Below the pieces are notes generated by a model. That model saw only the letters and a program-made list of their open reading frames with translations. It made no database searches and was not told the DNA's origin. From Craspedostauros australis (taxonomy: Eukaryota): 41,483 bases of DNA. The stretch lies in the NCBI GenBank assembly GCA_030167865.1, contig JALAGF010004246.1, positions 1 through 41,483 of the forward strand. The letters run 5' to 3'. Shown here piece by piece: positions 29,388 through 41,483 of the stretch; within the stretch, counting starts at the first letter, position 1; every line of letters starts with the position of its first letter. The translations under genes and the position numbers were made by a program.

Positions 29388-32300
29388 ATGTTCTCACGCG
29401 GCGCAACGCAGCCAGGCCAGGGATGGGGACGCCAACAGAATGGCAGCAGCATCAGCAGCGCGCAGGGTCGTGGCAATAGCAATGGCAACAATGGCAACAG
29501 GAGACGGACGAATGGAAAGGAGGAGTACGCCTCGCCTTTGAACGAACTGATCAAGCGCATGGATCGTGTGGGCGAGCTGGTGCATTGCAGCCGCATGGAC
29601 TTTCTGCATGCCTTGTCGGGTGGTGGAGCAGCCACGCCCACACGGCGATCTGCGGCGTTGTCCATCGTCAACTCTCTCAAGAAGCTGAGGAAACGTCTGC
29701 CTCTGGATGAGGCGCTCGGCAGCGACGGCCGCTTTGGTTTCGGAGCGCCGGCCTCAGGTGGATCGGCAGTGTCGTCGATTGCCAACCTCTCGTTGGAGGA
29801 GAATGCCCACATCCGTCGCGATGCTCCGCCCCGCATCGTTGCCATGGCTGCGGAGGACATCAGCGAGATGATCGAATGCCTCAGGCGGATTGCGGAGCTC
29901 GTTATTGTCAGCGAACGCGTCGTGGCAAAGGAATCGGAAATTCAGGAGAAGCTGCGATCGACCGATGGTTCCGTTTCGCCGGAGGAAAAGGAGGAGCTGC
30001 GCAACAGCCGGTCGCCGGATTCCGAACAGTACTCCTCCCTGTTCGATGAGTTCTTCGAACGAAGCGGGTTGGAGCTCATTGTCAACATCGCCACGGGAAA
30101 GTGCTTTGACATCACCGTGGCGCAAGCGCAATCCTTCGATGAAAATGACTCGAGCCCAACGCCGAAAAATGACGCCAGTGGGAATACGCAGCATGGCAGC
30201 GACGATGGTGGCGATGATGGAGATGGTGGGGACGGTGGGGAGAACAACCAGCAACAATCGTCGGCCAATGCATCCATCGACAGCCACGATTCCAAACCAT
30301 CGGGTGGCAACGATCAGCTCATGTGTCTGCTCCTGCCGCCCATCAGCGTCGCTACACAGGCCGTGCAATCCATATCGATCATGGTGCAGAATGTGTCAAG
30401 AGCAACATCCCTCTACTTCATCCTCTCCGGCAATCACGTCAACGAACTCATCCAAATGCCGTTGGACAAGCTGAAGCAGGCCGACTGGAACACGAGGGCG
30501 GTGGAGGAAAGCCTGGCGCAACGCAAGCACGCCAGTCCGGAAATATCAGAACTCACGACGCACTTCGTCACCTTCCTCAAGTCGCTGGCATTGCGCATGA
30601 ACGCCGAGACGTTGCAGTTCTTCCTCACGTATCCCATGGAGCAGATAGGTGGCAGCAGCGACGAAGATGACGACGACGATGACGCCCACAGCACCGCCGG
30701 CACGCAGACCGCGTCCTCCTCCCATTTCTCGGAGCATTCGCAAGCCTTCAGCAACGGTATCGGCCATGATCCTGACGACGACCGTCCGTTGGATGAAATC
30801 ACGGAGGATCGCGAGAGCCTAACGCGTCACTCGTCCCAGGCAGCCGACACATCCAAACCGGTCGTTATGCAAGAGGTCGTGGTCAAATTCCCGCTCTATG
30901 CTCGAGCATTGGAATTCTGCGCAGCGCATCAGGACAATTTCATCCGTGTCACTGCCATGAACATATGCCTCAACACGTTGAGACTGGCCACCGTCCAGCC
31001 CATCAACGAGGATGGTTCGAATGAGGTCGACTTTGAAGCATCCTCCTCGCCCGATGGTGTCCTGCACAATGCCAAGCCGTTGCCGTTTCGTGAACGACTG
31101 TCCATCGCACAACACGTCTGCTCACCGTCCCGCGTGGAGCGCTTGGTCTCTCCCATCTTTACCAAGCTCGCGCAGCTCTGGGGCATCCTCGAGGAGAAGT
31201 TCCGTGAGGTGGGGGAGAAGGATGCCAGTTCGCAATCGAGGGCCACGGCCAAGATTGCGCTTGCCAAGGAAACGTCACGCAGAAAGCGCATGACGGCCGC
31301 GTTCAAGGATATCGCATTCAAGTTGCAGGATGAGCTGGAGCTCCTGGAGGATGTATTGAAGGTATGTGGTGTTGATCTGTGCTGTCGTGTGCTGTGTTGT
31401 ACTATTGTATTTGATTGCGCTCGGGATGGCGCGTGGCATGTCGATGGACGCTCGTCGCACCATCCTGTTGTTGGAAGGCAACTACAATCAAGGCAGTGCG
31501 ATGCGGCCAAAAACTCACATGTATCGTCGCCTCGTCGCTCCATTTCAAACTTCAACCATTGCATCGCCAACTCCATCGCATCGCACATGACGTCACATCA
31601 CCAAAAAAGGTCGGATTGACCTCATTGAATGAGCAAGTGATCGAGATGATGCTGGCAACCTTCGTGTACCCCTTGCTCATGCAACCGATGCTACTGTACT
31701 TCCAACGAGCCAAAGTGCCAGATTCTGTGCTGTTCGCTGATACACTCCATGATCACACCACGGGACGCAGGATCAAACCCGTGGATTACGCAGACGCTGA
31801 AAAGTCCTTCATTTCGGCACCTGCAAAGTCTGCCTTCTTCATGCTGACTGCAGTATTCTACTCAGTGACGAATCGACCCTTGCTCAATCTCCTGTTCTGC
31901 GCGCTGTTCCATCCGCTATCCCCGGATGCATCCGGTGAGACCATGATCCGCGCCAAGGCCGATGTTGCCTGCGTCGACGCCAATGGCAAGAAGAGCATTC
32001 GGGTGGACCCAGTTGCCTCGGGTGGATCCAACTACGGCAATGGAAGCAGGAGAGTATCGGCCCAACAGCAGCAGCCCAAGTACCTGTTTGGAACAGTTAC
32101 GGGGGAGAAGCTCCAGTCCATGCATTCGCCGACCAACCACGACCCCAGTGTGTGCACGTTCGTGCTCGCACCTGCGCTGGCAGAAGTCTTGCAGTCGACA
32201 GGAGACGACCTGGCCATCATCGCACGCAGCAGGCACAACCCGTACCGCCGGGCCATCTTCCAATGCTGCAGATTATCGCACGAGCTCTCCGACCTCAAAC

Positions 32301-34095
32301 CATTGTCCATCATGGCAATCGACGCCGCCGTGTCATCGTTGGATGAAACCTTCGTGGTTGACGTCTTGCAGGGTGTCAAATTCCAAAAGCGGTTCCGTGA
32401 AGCAACGCCTGGCGACGAGCGCCGTTCCGATTCCTCCTGGGCACGGTCCCTCGACGACAGAGGCATGGGCGGACCGGCGGCTCGAGAGTCACGCATGTCC
32501 CTGCAAAACAAAGGCAACTACGATTTTCTGAACGAGATGTTGTCGTCCTTCAAAAGCTCCTTGATCTATGCGACGCCAGGGTGCAACGGTGAGTCGATGT
32601 GAAAGGCATCTCTATCGCTGTCGCCATCACGCTGGTTGTACTTGTAGCTGCTCGTTGTTGTGACCAATGCAAGCCTCTTGCTGCTGTGCTGTGTGAGGCT
32701 TTGGCGTGATGTGGAATGCGAAGACTTCAACTCACAGCATTCCGCCATGGTATCGCTTCCACGACCCTTTTCCTCTATCACATCTGCATCCAATCCCTGC
32801 TTCCATTTCTTATTTTTATTCTGATTTGCATTCATTTTATTAATGCAGGCAACTGGAAACTTGTCTTCGATCCTGTCGCCGCGCATGCCTTGTTATGTTC
32901 CACGAGAGGAAGTTCGGACGTGCTGTCCACAGCATCGACTGGGTCCACCGTAAGAAGTCGCCAGGCAGCTGGGTTCTTGTCGGACATGCCGCAGGCCATC
33001 GAGAAATATCTGGGATCCGCGTGGGTATTCTCGAAGGATCCCGAGCTGCGCAGCGGCATGATCACGGATGTCCTGTTCTTTTCGAAATCCACTTCCAACA
33101 ATGATGCCGTGGTGGACAAGCTGCGTTCTGTGACAGGTGGCGGATCGATCGATGAGGGACAGCCAAACGGAGGCAGCACCAAGAATTTCGTCGCTCCCGT
33201 ATCCTTCAAGGGCGATTTCGATGAATTGTGCACGCGTGCTTGCTCCTTCCCTCCCGCGCAGTACAGCACCAACGACGCTTCCATCGAAGAGGCCATGTCC
33301 AGCATCCACGCATGGTTGCAAGCCGATGCATTTTGCAACTTCATTCGCACCGTCGGTGATCACCACAGGTTGCAATCCAGCGAGCGCAAATTGACCGGCT
33401 TTGCGCTCATGGACGACGGGCAAACGATGGATGTCAACGACCACAAGGCAGCGTACGGGCTCGTGTCGCCGCCAATCCAATCGTTGCTCTTCAATTCTCA
33501 CCTCGAGCGGGCGATGGGGTCACAACAACACCAATCGCCATTGCCATCCGTGCCGAACGTGATCAGTTCCGGGAACATCATCAGCCTGATGGGCCAGACG
33601 GCCATCCCTTGCGTCTGCGAGGCACCGCCATCCTCTGCGTACCTCTTCTCCAGCGACTCCGCAAAGACCATATCGGAGGGCGTCACATGGCAGTCTCTCT
33701 ACTTGGTGCTGCTGAACAATCACTTCATCCTGGCAGAACCGCACAACCGATCCAGCGGCGACGGGCGTGTTGTGACTGCATGCCCCTTGCAGACCACGGA
33801 AGTGAAGCAAGATCAAACTGACGCAGCAGAATCCACCGTAGCCCGCCGCCTTTTGATCCACCAACGCAGTTACACACAGAAGGCTCCGCCCGGACTCTTT
33901 CTGCGTTCGGAGGATGAGAGTTCCAAGAAGAACAAAGGCAGCAACTGCGACAGCGTGGCGAGTTCGTTGGACATTTGGTTCGAAAATCAAAACGCGGCAC
34001 AGCAAGCATTTGGCATCATGAACGATGCCATCCTGCGGGCCAAGGCACAGCGTGGAATGAACTTGCGTCGTTATCTTGCGGAGTTCCGAACATAG
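29388..34095 (+). CDS. CLEC16A: CLEC16A/TT9/GOP-1 family FPL-domain protein (endolysosomal trafficking/autophagy), 3 exons, ~1399 aa
   Basis: Exons 29388-31361, 31610-32588 and 32849-34095 (introns GTATGT..AAG and GTGAGT..CAG; frames join). Motifs IECLRRIAEL, LFDEFFE, QAVQSISIMVQNV...SLYFILSGNHVNELI, FVTFLKSLALRMNAETLQFF and FPLYARALEF..HQDNFIRVTAMNICLN. Confidence 0.9.
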
Positions 34096-34554
34096 ACAAA
34101 AATCATATTATACTAGAGTGTACAATACAACGGTATGGCATGGTATGCTATGCTATGCTATGGGAGAAGTCTTGTTGGCGCAGTAGAGCACTATCCCTAC
34201 CTGTGTTAGTATTAGTTGGGATGAATCTTTTGCGGAGAGGTTCTGCGGAAAGTTCATCTCGGACGGAGGCGATGATTCAGTCGTGGATAAATGTTCAAGA
34301 CCATCTTTGTGACTGACGCAATCCAATGAGTCACGTCGGTGTCAGAAACCGTGGCTGATTGTTTGGATTTCGTCATCGCAAACGTCAACCCAACTCAGCA
34401 CTTCATTCCGCTCGTTGTGTCACCACACTCAGCTATGGTCACAAGCATCAGTATTGAAGTCGTACGTGCAACAACAAGATCAGCAGCAACTCATACTAGT
34501 GTCACAACCTTACCAAAAGGGCGCAAGCGCACAAAGATAGGCAGAGAAAGGAAG

Positions 34555-35798
34555 ATGAGAACGACACGATCCGTTTGTTTGACGGCGCTGGCCATCGCCG
34601 CATTGGCCTCTGATGCGCAAAGCTTCACCACAGCTCCCAACGGCAGCATCCAGCGATCCAACAACGTCATCAAGCAGCAGCAACAACAACAGTCTGCGCT
34701 GCTTGCATCTCCCGACGATGACAGCAGCAGCGATGCAAAGAAGAAAGGCGGCTTGGAGACGAACATGCGCAGCAAGCTGCTGACCGAATCCATCGCGCCC
34801 TGGCGAACGTTGCGCTTGTTCTTGTACGGAGCTTTGGGTTCGGGTGCATTTCTGGGTGGTCTCATCAACGGTTCCGGTGCCATTGCAGGATCTGCGAGCC
34901 CGGAATTCAATTTGAATACGGAGGTGAGTGCCGTTCATACGTACCATGATACCACAATGCCGGCACCTTTGCTTTCAGGACTACATATTCTGCGGATATC
35001 ATTTGGTGTGCATCCTCGTATGCAGTCACATCTGCAATTGCGACGCCAACCTCACTCCCATCTCTCTCTCTCTCTTTTCGATGTCATTTCTTGAGAAACT
35101 ACGGAAATACTCCACTGGGATCACTGTGATGGCAACAGCTACTCAACTTGGGAATCGACTTTGGAGCCGTGGCGTTGTTTGCGGTGCTATTTCGATGGGA
35201 TTTGAGCCAACAGGATGAATTGACCGGCAAGGTGGACGATCGGATCGAACTCAAGAAGAAGCAAAAGGTTGTCAAGAAGGGCATGAAAGAACGGGAATCG
35301 CTGATGGCATCCCTGCCTTTGGAAATTGCCGTTTCAACAACGGGCGAAAGCCGCACCGCCTTGGTCGGAGAATTGCAGGCCGGTGCCCGACAGCACGTGA
35401 TCGTCGTCATCGGTCCCAAGAAGGCGTGCCGGGAGGCCCTGATCGGTGCCAATCTGCTCAAGATGGATTTTGCGATGAGCAACGTGCTGGTGGTGCCGTA
35501 CGAGACGGAAGGACGCAAGGTGACGGACATGGAAGCACCAGCCAATGCGGGATTCGGGCAGGACAGCCGACCTATGTACGAGACGCAGCCGTACGTGGCG
35601 ACTGCACCGCGTGACGAATGGAAGTCCTTCGTCGATCAGGAAATGAAGGACGCCGTGGAACAGAATGGCGACTCCGTCAAGAAGGATGGCATCGTTCTCG
35701 TTGTTGCGAACAATGGAAAAGTGATCCGACGTGGCGTTGGCACTGTGCCATGGCGTCAGATCGTCACCGAGCTTGATGACAGTGTCGCGGCGAAATAA
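34555..35798 (+). CDS. LPA1: LPA1-like (Low PSII Accumulation 1, DUF3493) thylakoid protein, plastid-targeted, 2 exons, 342 aa
   Basis: ATG 34555, signal peptide ending AQS-FTTAP. Exon 1 34555-34923, intron 34924-35138 (GTGAGT...AACAG), exon 2 35139-35798. Motifs KLLTESIAPWRTLRLFLYGAL, LLNLGIDFGAVALF, VLVVPY and NGKVIRRGVGTVPW. Confidence 0.88.
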
Positions 35799-36039
35799 AC
35801 GCGACAGCCAAACGAAGCGAGCAATGAAACAATCAATTAGAGACAAAAACACTGCATGAAGAGTGAACTTTGGAAAAGAACGGTCTTGGCCGTCTGTTTC
35901 ATTGTTGCTACTGTATACACGTAGAGACTGGATTGGAATAGATTTGGACATGCTGTGCAAGTGTGCCGATATTCTCTCAGTATTTGTATCTGCCTCTGTC
36001 TTGTCTCCCACTACCAGTCCAATTGCTGTCCCGAGGACT

Positions 36040-39000
36040 CTACTTGCTCGATTCGTTCTGCTTGTCTTGGACCTCCAGCTGTCTGCGTACGAGGGCATTG
36101 TAGGCACCTCCCGATTGTGCCATCAAGTCTGTGTGGCTGCCTTGTTCCACAAGCTGACCATCCTTCACGACGTAAATGATGTCCGCATTACGGATCGTCG
36201 ACAGCCTGTGCGCGACGATCACCACAGTGGTTCCTAATCCATCCAGGCCTCGGTTGGCCTGCAGCATCTGATCGATGGATTGCTGCACCATGTGCTCCGA
36301 TTCCGCATCCAGCGCGGACGTGGCTTCGTCCAGCAACAGGATCTTGGGCTTGCGGATCAGAGCTCGGGCGATGGCGATGCGCTGCTTCTGGCCTCCGCTG
36401 AGCTGCACGCCGCGATCGCCGACCTCCGTCTCGTACTTCTGAGGCATGCGAGAAATAAAATCATGGGCATTCGCCAGCTTGGCAACGTCCTCTATCTCCT
36501 CATCGGTCGGTTCTGAATCGGAACCTTCCAAACCGTAGATGATGTTGCGCTTGATGGAACGGGCAAAAAGTGTTGGTTCTTGCGAAACAATGGACACGTG
36601 ATGGGCCAACCAACTTGGGCTTAGCTCGTGAATCTATTGCGAGTGCACGTGGCAATGTCGTAATGCGCGTCGCGGAGTGGAAGGCATTGGAAACGAGGTG
36701 GGTGAGAATGATGCAGGCATTGAATTCGCTACAGTCAACGGCAGATGTACGTAGGAAAGAGAATGTGGAATGCTGCCGTTCGTTTCAATACGAGTACTAT
36801 GCGTGTAGCATACTGTACGCAAAGTACGTGAACACTTACCTCATGATTGTCGATCAGAACTTTGCCAGATTCTTGCTGGTACATGTTTTGCATCAAGGAC
36901 AGAATACTGAAGATGTTACGTAACATGCGAAAGCGAAAGCAAAAGAGGACGACAGGAAATCGAGAGATGGTGCGTGCATGCATTCATGGAAATAAGGTGA
37001 GAGATCAAGTGGAGTGTTAGTGTTTGTGTCCGCACCAAATCCAAAATGCAAGGCCGAGCTCATCACATAAACGGCATCAATGGCAACTCCAACCCCAACA
37101 ACCCCAACAATATCGCCAAAACATAACAGAATACGTTCCGAGCTTCCTTACCTCGACTTTCCTCCACCGCTTGATCCACAGAGTGCCACAATCTTTCCGG
37201 CGGGAATGTGAAGCGTCATGTCATTGAGGATGGTGCGCTTCGGCCGTGCTGGGTAGGCCATCTTCACATTCTCGATTGTGATGCTGCCCATGCAGGTGGA
37301 TGGTGACAAACCGATGTTGCGTCTTGCCATGACGAGTGCAGCGGATGGATCACGGCTATTGTCGATACCCGGTGCTTGCGAATCGTCGTTGGTGTCGCTT
37401 GGGAGCTTCATGCGTGGCTTTCTTGCCATGAGTTCGAAGACTGGACAGCAGGCAGTTTGTGCGATTTGGTTGGCAGCGTCCAATAGACAGCAGGTACGTA
37501 CGAATAATTAATAAATGCCAAAATCGTTCAGTGGATGGATGAGTGAGATCAGAGTACGTTTGAAAATACAATCGGAATCAACGACAGGCGATGCACAATC
37601 CACAGTGGAACAGCAACCAAGTGATGACGCAACCCTCTCATCGAGTACTCGTCACGTACCTTTGTCAGCAGCACCCGTAGCGCGTGTGAGAGACGTGAAG
37701 ATCGCACCGATGGAGCCAAATGCATCAGAGAGCGATTGGAGGTACAGCAAAAAGCTGACCAAGTCACCGCTGCTGATATCGCCGGATCGGATCATCAATC
37801 CTCCGTAGTAGATGACCAATGCCGTCACTAGCTGCGGCAGAGACGTCGCGATCGTTGCGTAGCCGCTGTATGCTACCGCCGATTTGTTGTTGAGGTCCAA
37901 GTAGCGGTTGATGATCTTTTTAAATTCCATGAATTCGGTTGGACCAGCGTCGAAGGATCGGACGGTTCTCATGGAAGAGATTGCAGCCTCCGAGACTGCA
38001 TTGGCATCGGCGAGCTGTCGATGGATTTGGCGACACCGTTGTGATTAGTGACAGTATCAACGCAGAAGAGAGATGGTTAGTATGATGGAAAAAGCAGATG
38101 CAAACGAGCACATCATGGCGTTCCATCCGGCGTAGACAGTGAACTTCATGCTAGCAGTATCGTACCTTCTTCTGCATGACCTTGGCAATGGTGCGGATAA
38201 AGCCACCATACCACTTGGAGAGGATGGTGATGACCGGCACAGAAATGAAAGCCAAGATGGAAAGCTGCCATGACAGGTAGACCATGAAGATGAGGATACC
38301 AATCGCCTGAACCAAGCTGCGAAGCAAAACATTGACGTTCAGTGTCACTTGGTCTCCGACTAGCGCGGTGTCGCTGGAAAGACGAGACATGATGTCTCCT
38401 GCTTTGGTGATGTCGTAGAATCCAATATCTGCTCATTGTGTGTGCGTGTGTGTGTGAAATATGATTGCAGATTCATTGGAGTGCAGCATTGTACGTGATG
38501 TCCACGGTGACAGTGTGAGCGGTTGATTTGGATGTATGGTGCCAACATGCACACGAGTGCTCTGCACATTCTTGCTTCTTCTCAGCAGCAACAATTTGCC
38601 ACATCGATCGATCACCAGCACATGCGCACACAAGTATGATGCCGTGTCTTACCTTGCACAAGCAACGAGTCCATCAATCGAAGACGCAACCTTGCCGTGA
38701 CGTTGCCCCCAACCTGCCTCGACAACCAAACGTGACAAAATCGTATGAGAAAGGAAGTACAAAGGAATAACAAACGAATGCTGCAAAGTAAGAGTATGCG
38801 ACAAACTCTGCGTCATGATTCTGCATGTGATAGGCAAGCGTGGATTCATTCATTCATGCATGCATGGCGATGTGTGCCGACGCTTGTTTGAAAATGTAGA
38901 TGCAACCTCCGTAATGACACAACACTTACGACGGTGAAGATGGAGCCACGGCAACCGGCGAAGATCCCTCCAAGGATGGATGCCACGATCAACTTGACAG

Positions 39001-40015
39001 TGTTGGACATGAATCCTGGAACGTTGCCGACATCCTCGTCAGGGTTGTTGTCACCCGCGTAGGCGGCGACCAACAAATCGAGGATCTTTCCAGTGTAGTG
39101 CGGAATGAGGACCTGCGCAGTCGCTGCCAGAATCAGGAAAACGAAGGCAAGGAAGATGAGATGCGAATCCTCTTTGCAGAGCGACAGAAGGTCAGAGAAG
39201 GTCGCCTTGAAGGTGGAGTCGGCCCCAATGTCGCTGACAATCGGGGTGAGCCGCGCTTCATTTTCAGATGACGATTGCCCCGTGCCGTCCGCATCTCCGT
39301 CTCCCTCTCCATTCGTGCCGCCCTCCAACTCTGCTTCTTCCGAGAGCAACGGGATGCTCAACGTGGAAGAAACCCGAGTGAACCACGTCGGACGATCGCT
39401 CTGCCGATCGAGGTGGGCGAGTTCTCCAAGATTCTTGCACGCGTTATCCACCGTCGAGGCTTCCGCCAACGCGATGATGGCCGAAAAGGCCACCGCGATC
39501 CAGTACAAGGGGTGCAAGGGATCGGCATCGCGGTGCACGCCGATCTCCTCGTTCATGCGACACAGGCATTTGACGACGCAGAGGACCGTCGTGGCGAACG
39601 CGAGGCCTTCGCAGAAGCATCCGGGACGCGCCACGCAGTTCCAAAGCCACGAGCAGACGCTCTGCTCCAGCGTCTCCTCCTCCAGTTCCTCGCTGCTCTT
39701 CTTTTCGCCGTTGGGCCGGTACTCGTCCAAGTAATGCGCTGGACGCACTTCCGCCTTGCAGTAGGAGTAGAGGAATGCGACGATGGCGGCGGCGAAGCGG
39801 CACATGGCAAGGATGAAGAGATCCAAGAAGGACTCGGTGAATACAAAGATGCCCCCGATAGTCCCATCATATTCGCGCAGGATGGGCACGAGACGCAGCA
39901 TGAGGAGGACGGAAACCGCCACATCCACCACCAGCAATGCCACTGTGCCCTGGACTTGGCGCTTCTTTTTCACCTTGACGTCATCGCTGTCGTTGTTTCT
40001 TGTTGCGGCTGTCAT
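36040..40015 (-). CDS. ABCB half-transporter (TAP/ABCB9-like) with an extra N-terminal TM domain, 7 exons, ~904 aa
   Basis: Exons 40015-38930, 38713-38653, 38428-38166, 38014-37660, 37440-37152, 36906-36840 and 36633-36040. All introns are GT-AG and the phases join. Motifs DIGFYDITKAGDIMSRLSSDT, Walker A GSSGGGKS, Q-loop VSQEP, signature LSGGQKQR, Walker B LLLDEATSALD and H-loop AHRLST. Confidence 0.95.
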
Positions 40016-40462
40016 GGTGCTGGTGCTGGCACTGGTGCTGGCGAGGGAGATAATCAACTGACCAACCTGCGAATGTGAAGAAGAACCGTGCTAATTGGAC
40101 GACGTCTGTATAGTTTGAGCACTGTATTCCGTCGCCTTTGGTGTCTGTGGTGGTGGTTGGTGGTTGGGATTGTGAGGAATACGACTACATCCGAGCGATT
40201 CGGTGGGAATGTCTGCGTGCCGATCTTTTGAGCGCACTTCTTGCAGCTTCGTCTGCGTATTTCCTTCTTCCTCATTCGTTGGTGCCAGGTTTGTGCACAT
40301 CGTGTGTCTTCCCTTTCGGCGAGATTCTGGCAGATGTCTGTTGTGGTGACCGACGCAATTGCCTTGTCATTGATGTGTTGTGGCCTTTCTTGACCTGGCG
40401 CGTGTGCTTTTTCATCAGGCCTAACACAATACTATCTGTGGACTTTATGATTTAGAAAGTGC

Positions 40463-40498
<36 letters not shown>
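40463..40498. repeat. (GA)n microsatellite
   Basis: Directly visible. Confidence 0.9.
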
Positions 40499-41147
40499 CG
40501 TTGGAGAGAACGCCAGCTTTCAAAGAAGCATCGATGCAAGGTATCTGACCTGCTCTCCAGATCGAAGCCACCCATGCCCGGTGATGCCATTGAGACGCTG
40601 CCGAGGCTTTGGGTGAAGGAAGTGTCCTTGTGATGGTAGACTACATGATATTCAGAATTATAGAATAGTTGCATGCAACATTATTATGTTGGTAGGAGAA
40701 GCAACGCTGCGTGCACTATCTTGTACCATCCGATTGAAATCACCAGATTTGCGATGTTCATGACTACGTTTGACGGACTAGGCAGCATTCAGCGTGACCC
40801 AGCTGCAAGACAAGACTCGAAACATCTTTGTTCTTTGTTGGAACTGGCACGCCTCTTGTCTGTTGGATCGTTTTCATGGAAACCGTACAGCGTGAAGATC
40901 TCACGAACGTGGACATGAGCGTGAAACGAACGAGCAAGAAAGACAAGGGAACAGCGACAGAGAACAACGACGAGACGGAGACAGCACAACAGCTGAGGCA
41001 CCACGAAGTGATGGCAAAGCACGGCACTCAGGTTTCGGTTTGAGATATCAGAGAACAACTGAAAGCATCATAAAGAGGCTTCAAAGGTAACGTGGATACC
41101 CGATACATCGCACAGACACGCGCAGCCCAGGTGGAGAGTGGATCAAG

Positions 41148-41218
41148 AGCAACAGCAACAACAGCAACAGCAACAGCAATTGCACCAGCAACAGCAACAG
41201 CAATAGCACCAGTAGCAG
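41148..41218. repeat. (GCAACA)n / (CAA,CAG)n microsatellite
   Basis: agcaacagcaacaacagcaacagcaacagcaattgcaccagcaacagcaacagcaatagc. Confidence 0.85.
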
Positions 41219-41239
41219 CCTTGCTCGCGAGAACTCACG

Positions 41240-41483
41240 ATGCAGTCCAACACCACCGCGGCTCCGACAGCATCGCCTGCGCCTGCGTCACTTGATAAGC
41301 TCAATTGGAAACCGGTCTTTGATGACGAAGCTTTCTGGAAGAACGATCTAGGAAACACGGAGCTGAACAGGCGCTTGGCAACACAGATGGGCATCAAGAA
41401 ACAAGCACGGAAGGAGTGGAATGAAACATTCGAGAGACTGTGGCACACCAGAACAATCGCGAAACACATGGCGTGGTCGACCG
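41240..41483 (+). CDS. Partial ORF of an unknown gene running off the right edge
   Basis: ATG 41240 gives MQSNTTAAPTASPAPASLDKLNWKPVFDDEAFWKNDLGNTELNRRLATQMGIKKQARKEWNETFERLWHTRTIAKHMAWST, open to the window end. A possible upstream exon is 40915-41031 (MSVKRTSKKDK...HGTQ|GTTTCG), splicing in phase 0 to about 41216/41219. Confidence 0.45.
   Translation, partial: MQSNTTAAPTASPAPASLDKLNWKPVFDDEAFWKNDLGNTELNRRLATQMGIKKQARKEWNETFERLWHTRTIAKHMAWST

Noticed and set aside
31362..31619. In-frame read-through of CLEC16A intron 1 (743-aa ORF)
   Set aside because: A good GTATGT donor and an in-frame acceptor at 31609 restore continuity. The read-through peptide looks intron-derived.
34339..34554. N-terminal extension of the LPA1 ORF from a GTG start
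   Set aside because: In a eukaryotic gene, ATG 34555 is preferred because it directly begins a canonical signal peptide.

Overview
Eukaryotic nuclear DNA, almost certainly from a diatom, probably a pennate. The evidence is a DUF6824 gene, a diatom-type RNI-like LRR gene, bipartite plastid-targeting presequences and GT-AG introns of about 150-520 nt. I can support 14 protein-coding genes, several reconstructed by hand across introns, plus two weak partial genes at the window edges. In order: DUF6824 protein (-); a ~4.9 kb gap with microsatellites and no convincing gene; FAM172A/Arb2-family protein with a long His/Gln-rich N-terminus (-); RNI-like LRR protein (+); acidic/coiled-coil protein with a C-terminal villin headpiece (-); COG0523/CobW-type metal GTPase (-); small charged protein with a possible remnant HMG box (-); Popeye-like TM + cNMP-binding protein (+); plastid-targeted Ycf29/Rre1-like response regulator (-); Costars/ABRACL protein missed by the ORF track (+); double HMG-box protein (-); CLEC16A/FPL protein (+); plastid LPA1 (+); 7-exon ABCB half-transporter (-). 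I saw no RNA genes, CRISPR arrays or recognisable transposons. I cannot show a new multi-gene system. The best leads are the nuclear ycf29-like regulator with a remodelled HTH, the organelle-presequence Popeye-like cNMP sensor converging on it, the FAM172A/Arb2 homologue, and two stand-alone actin-binding genes. All family calls come from motif recognition, not database searches.
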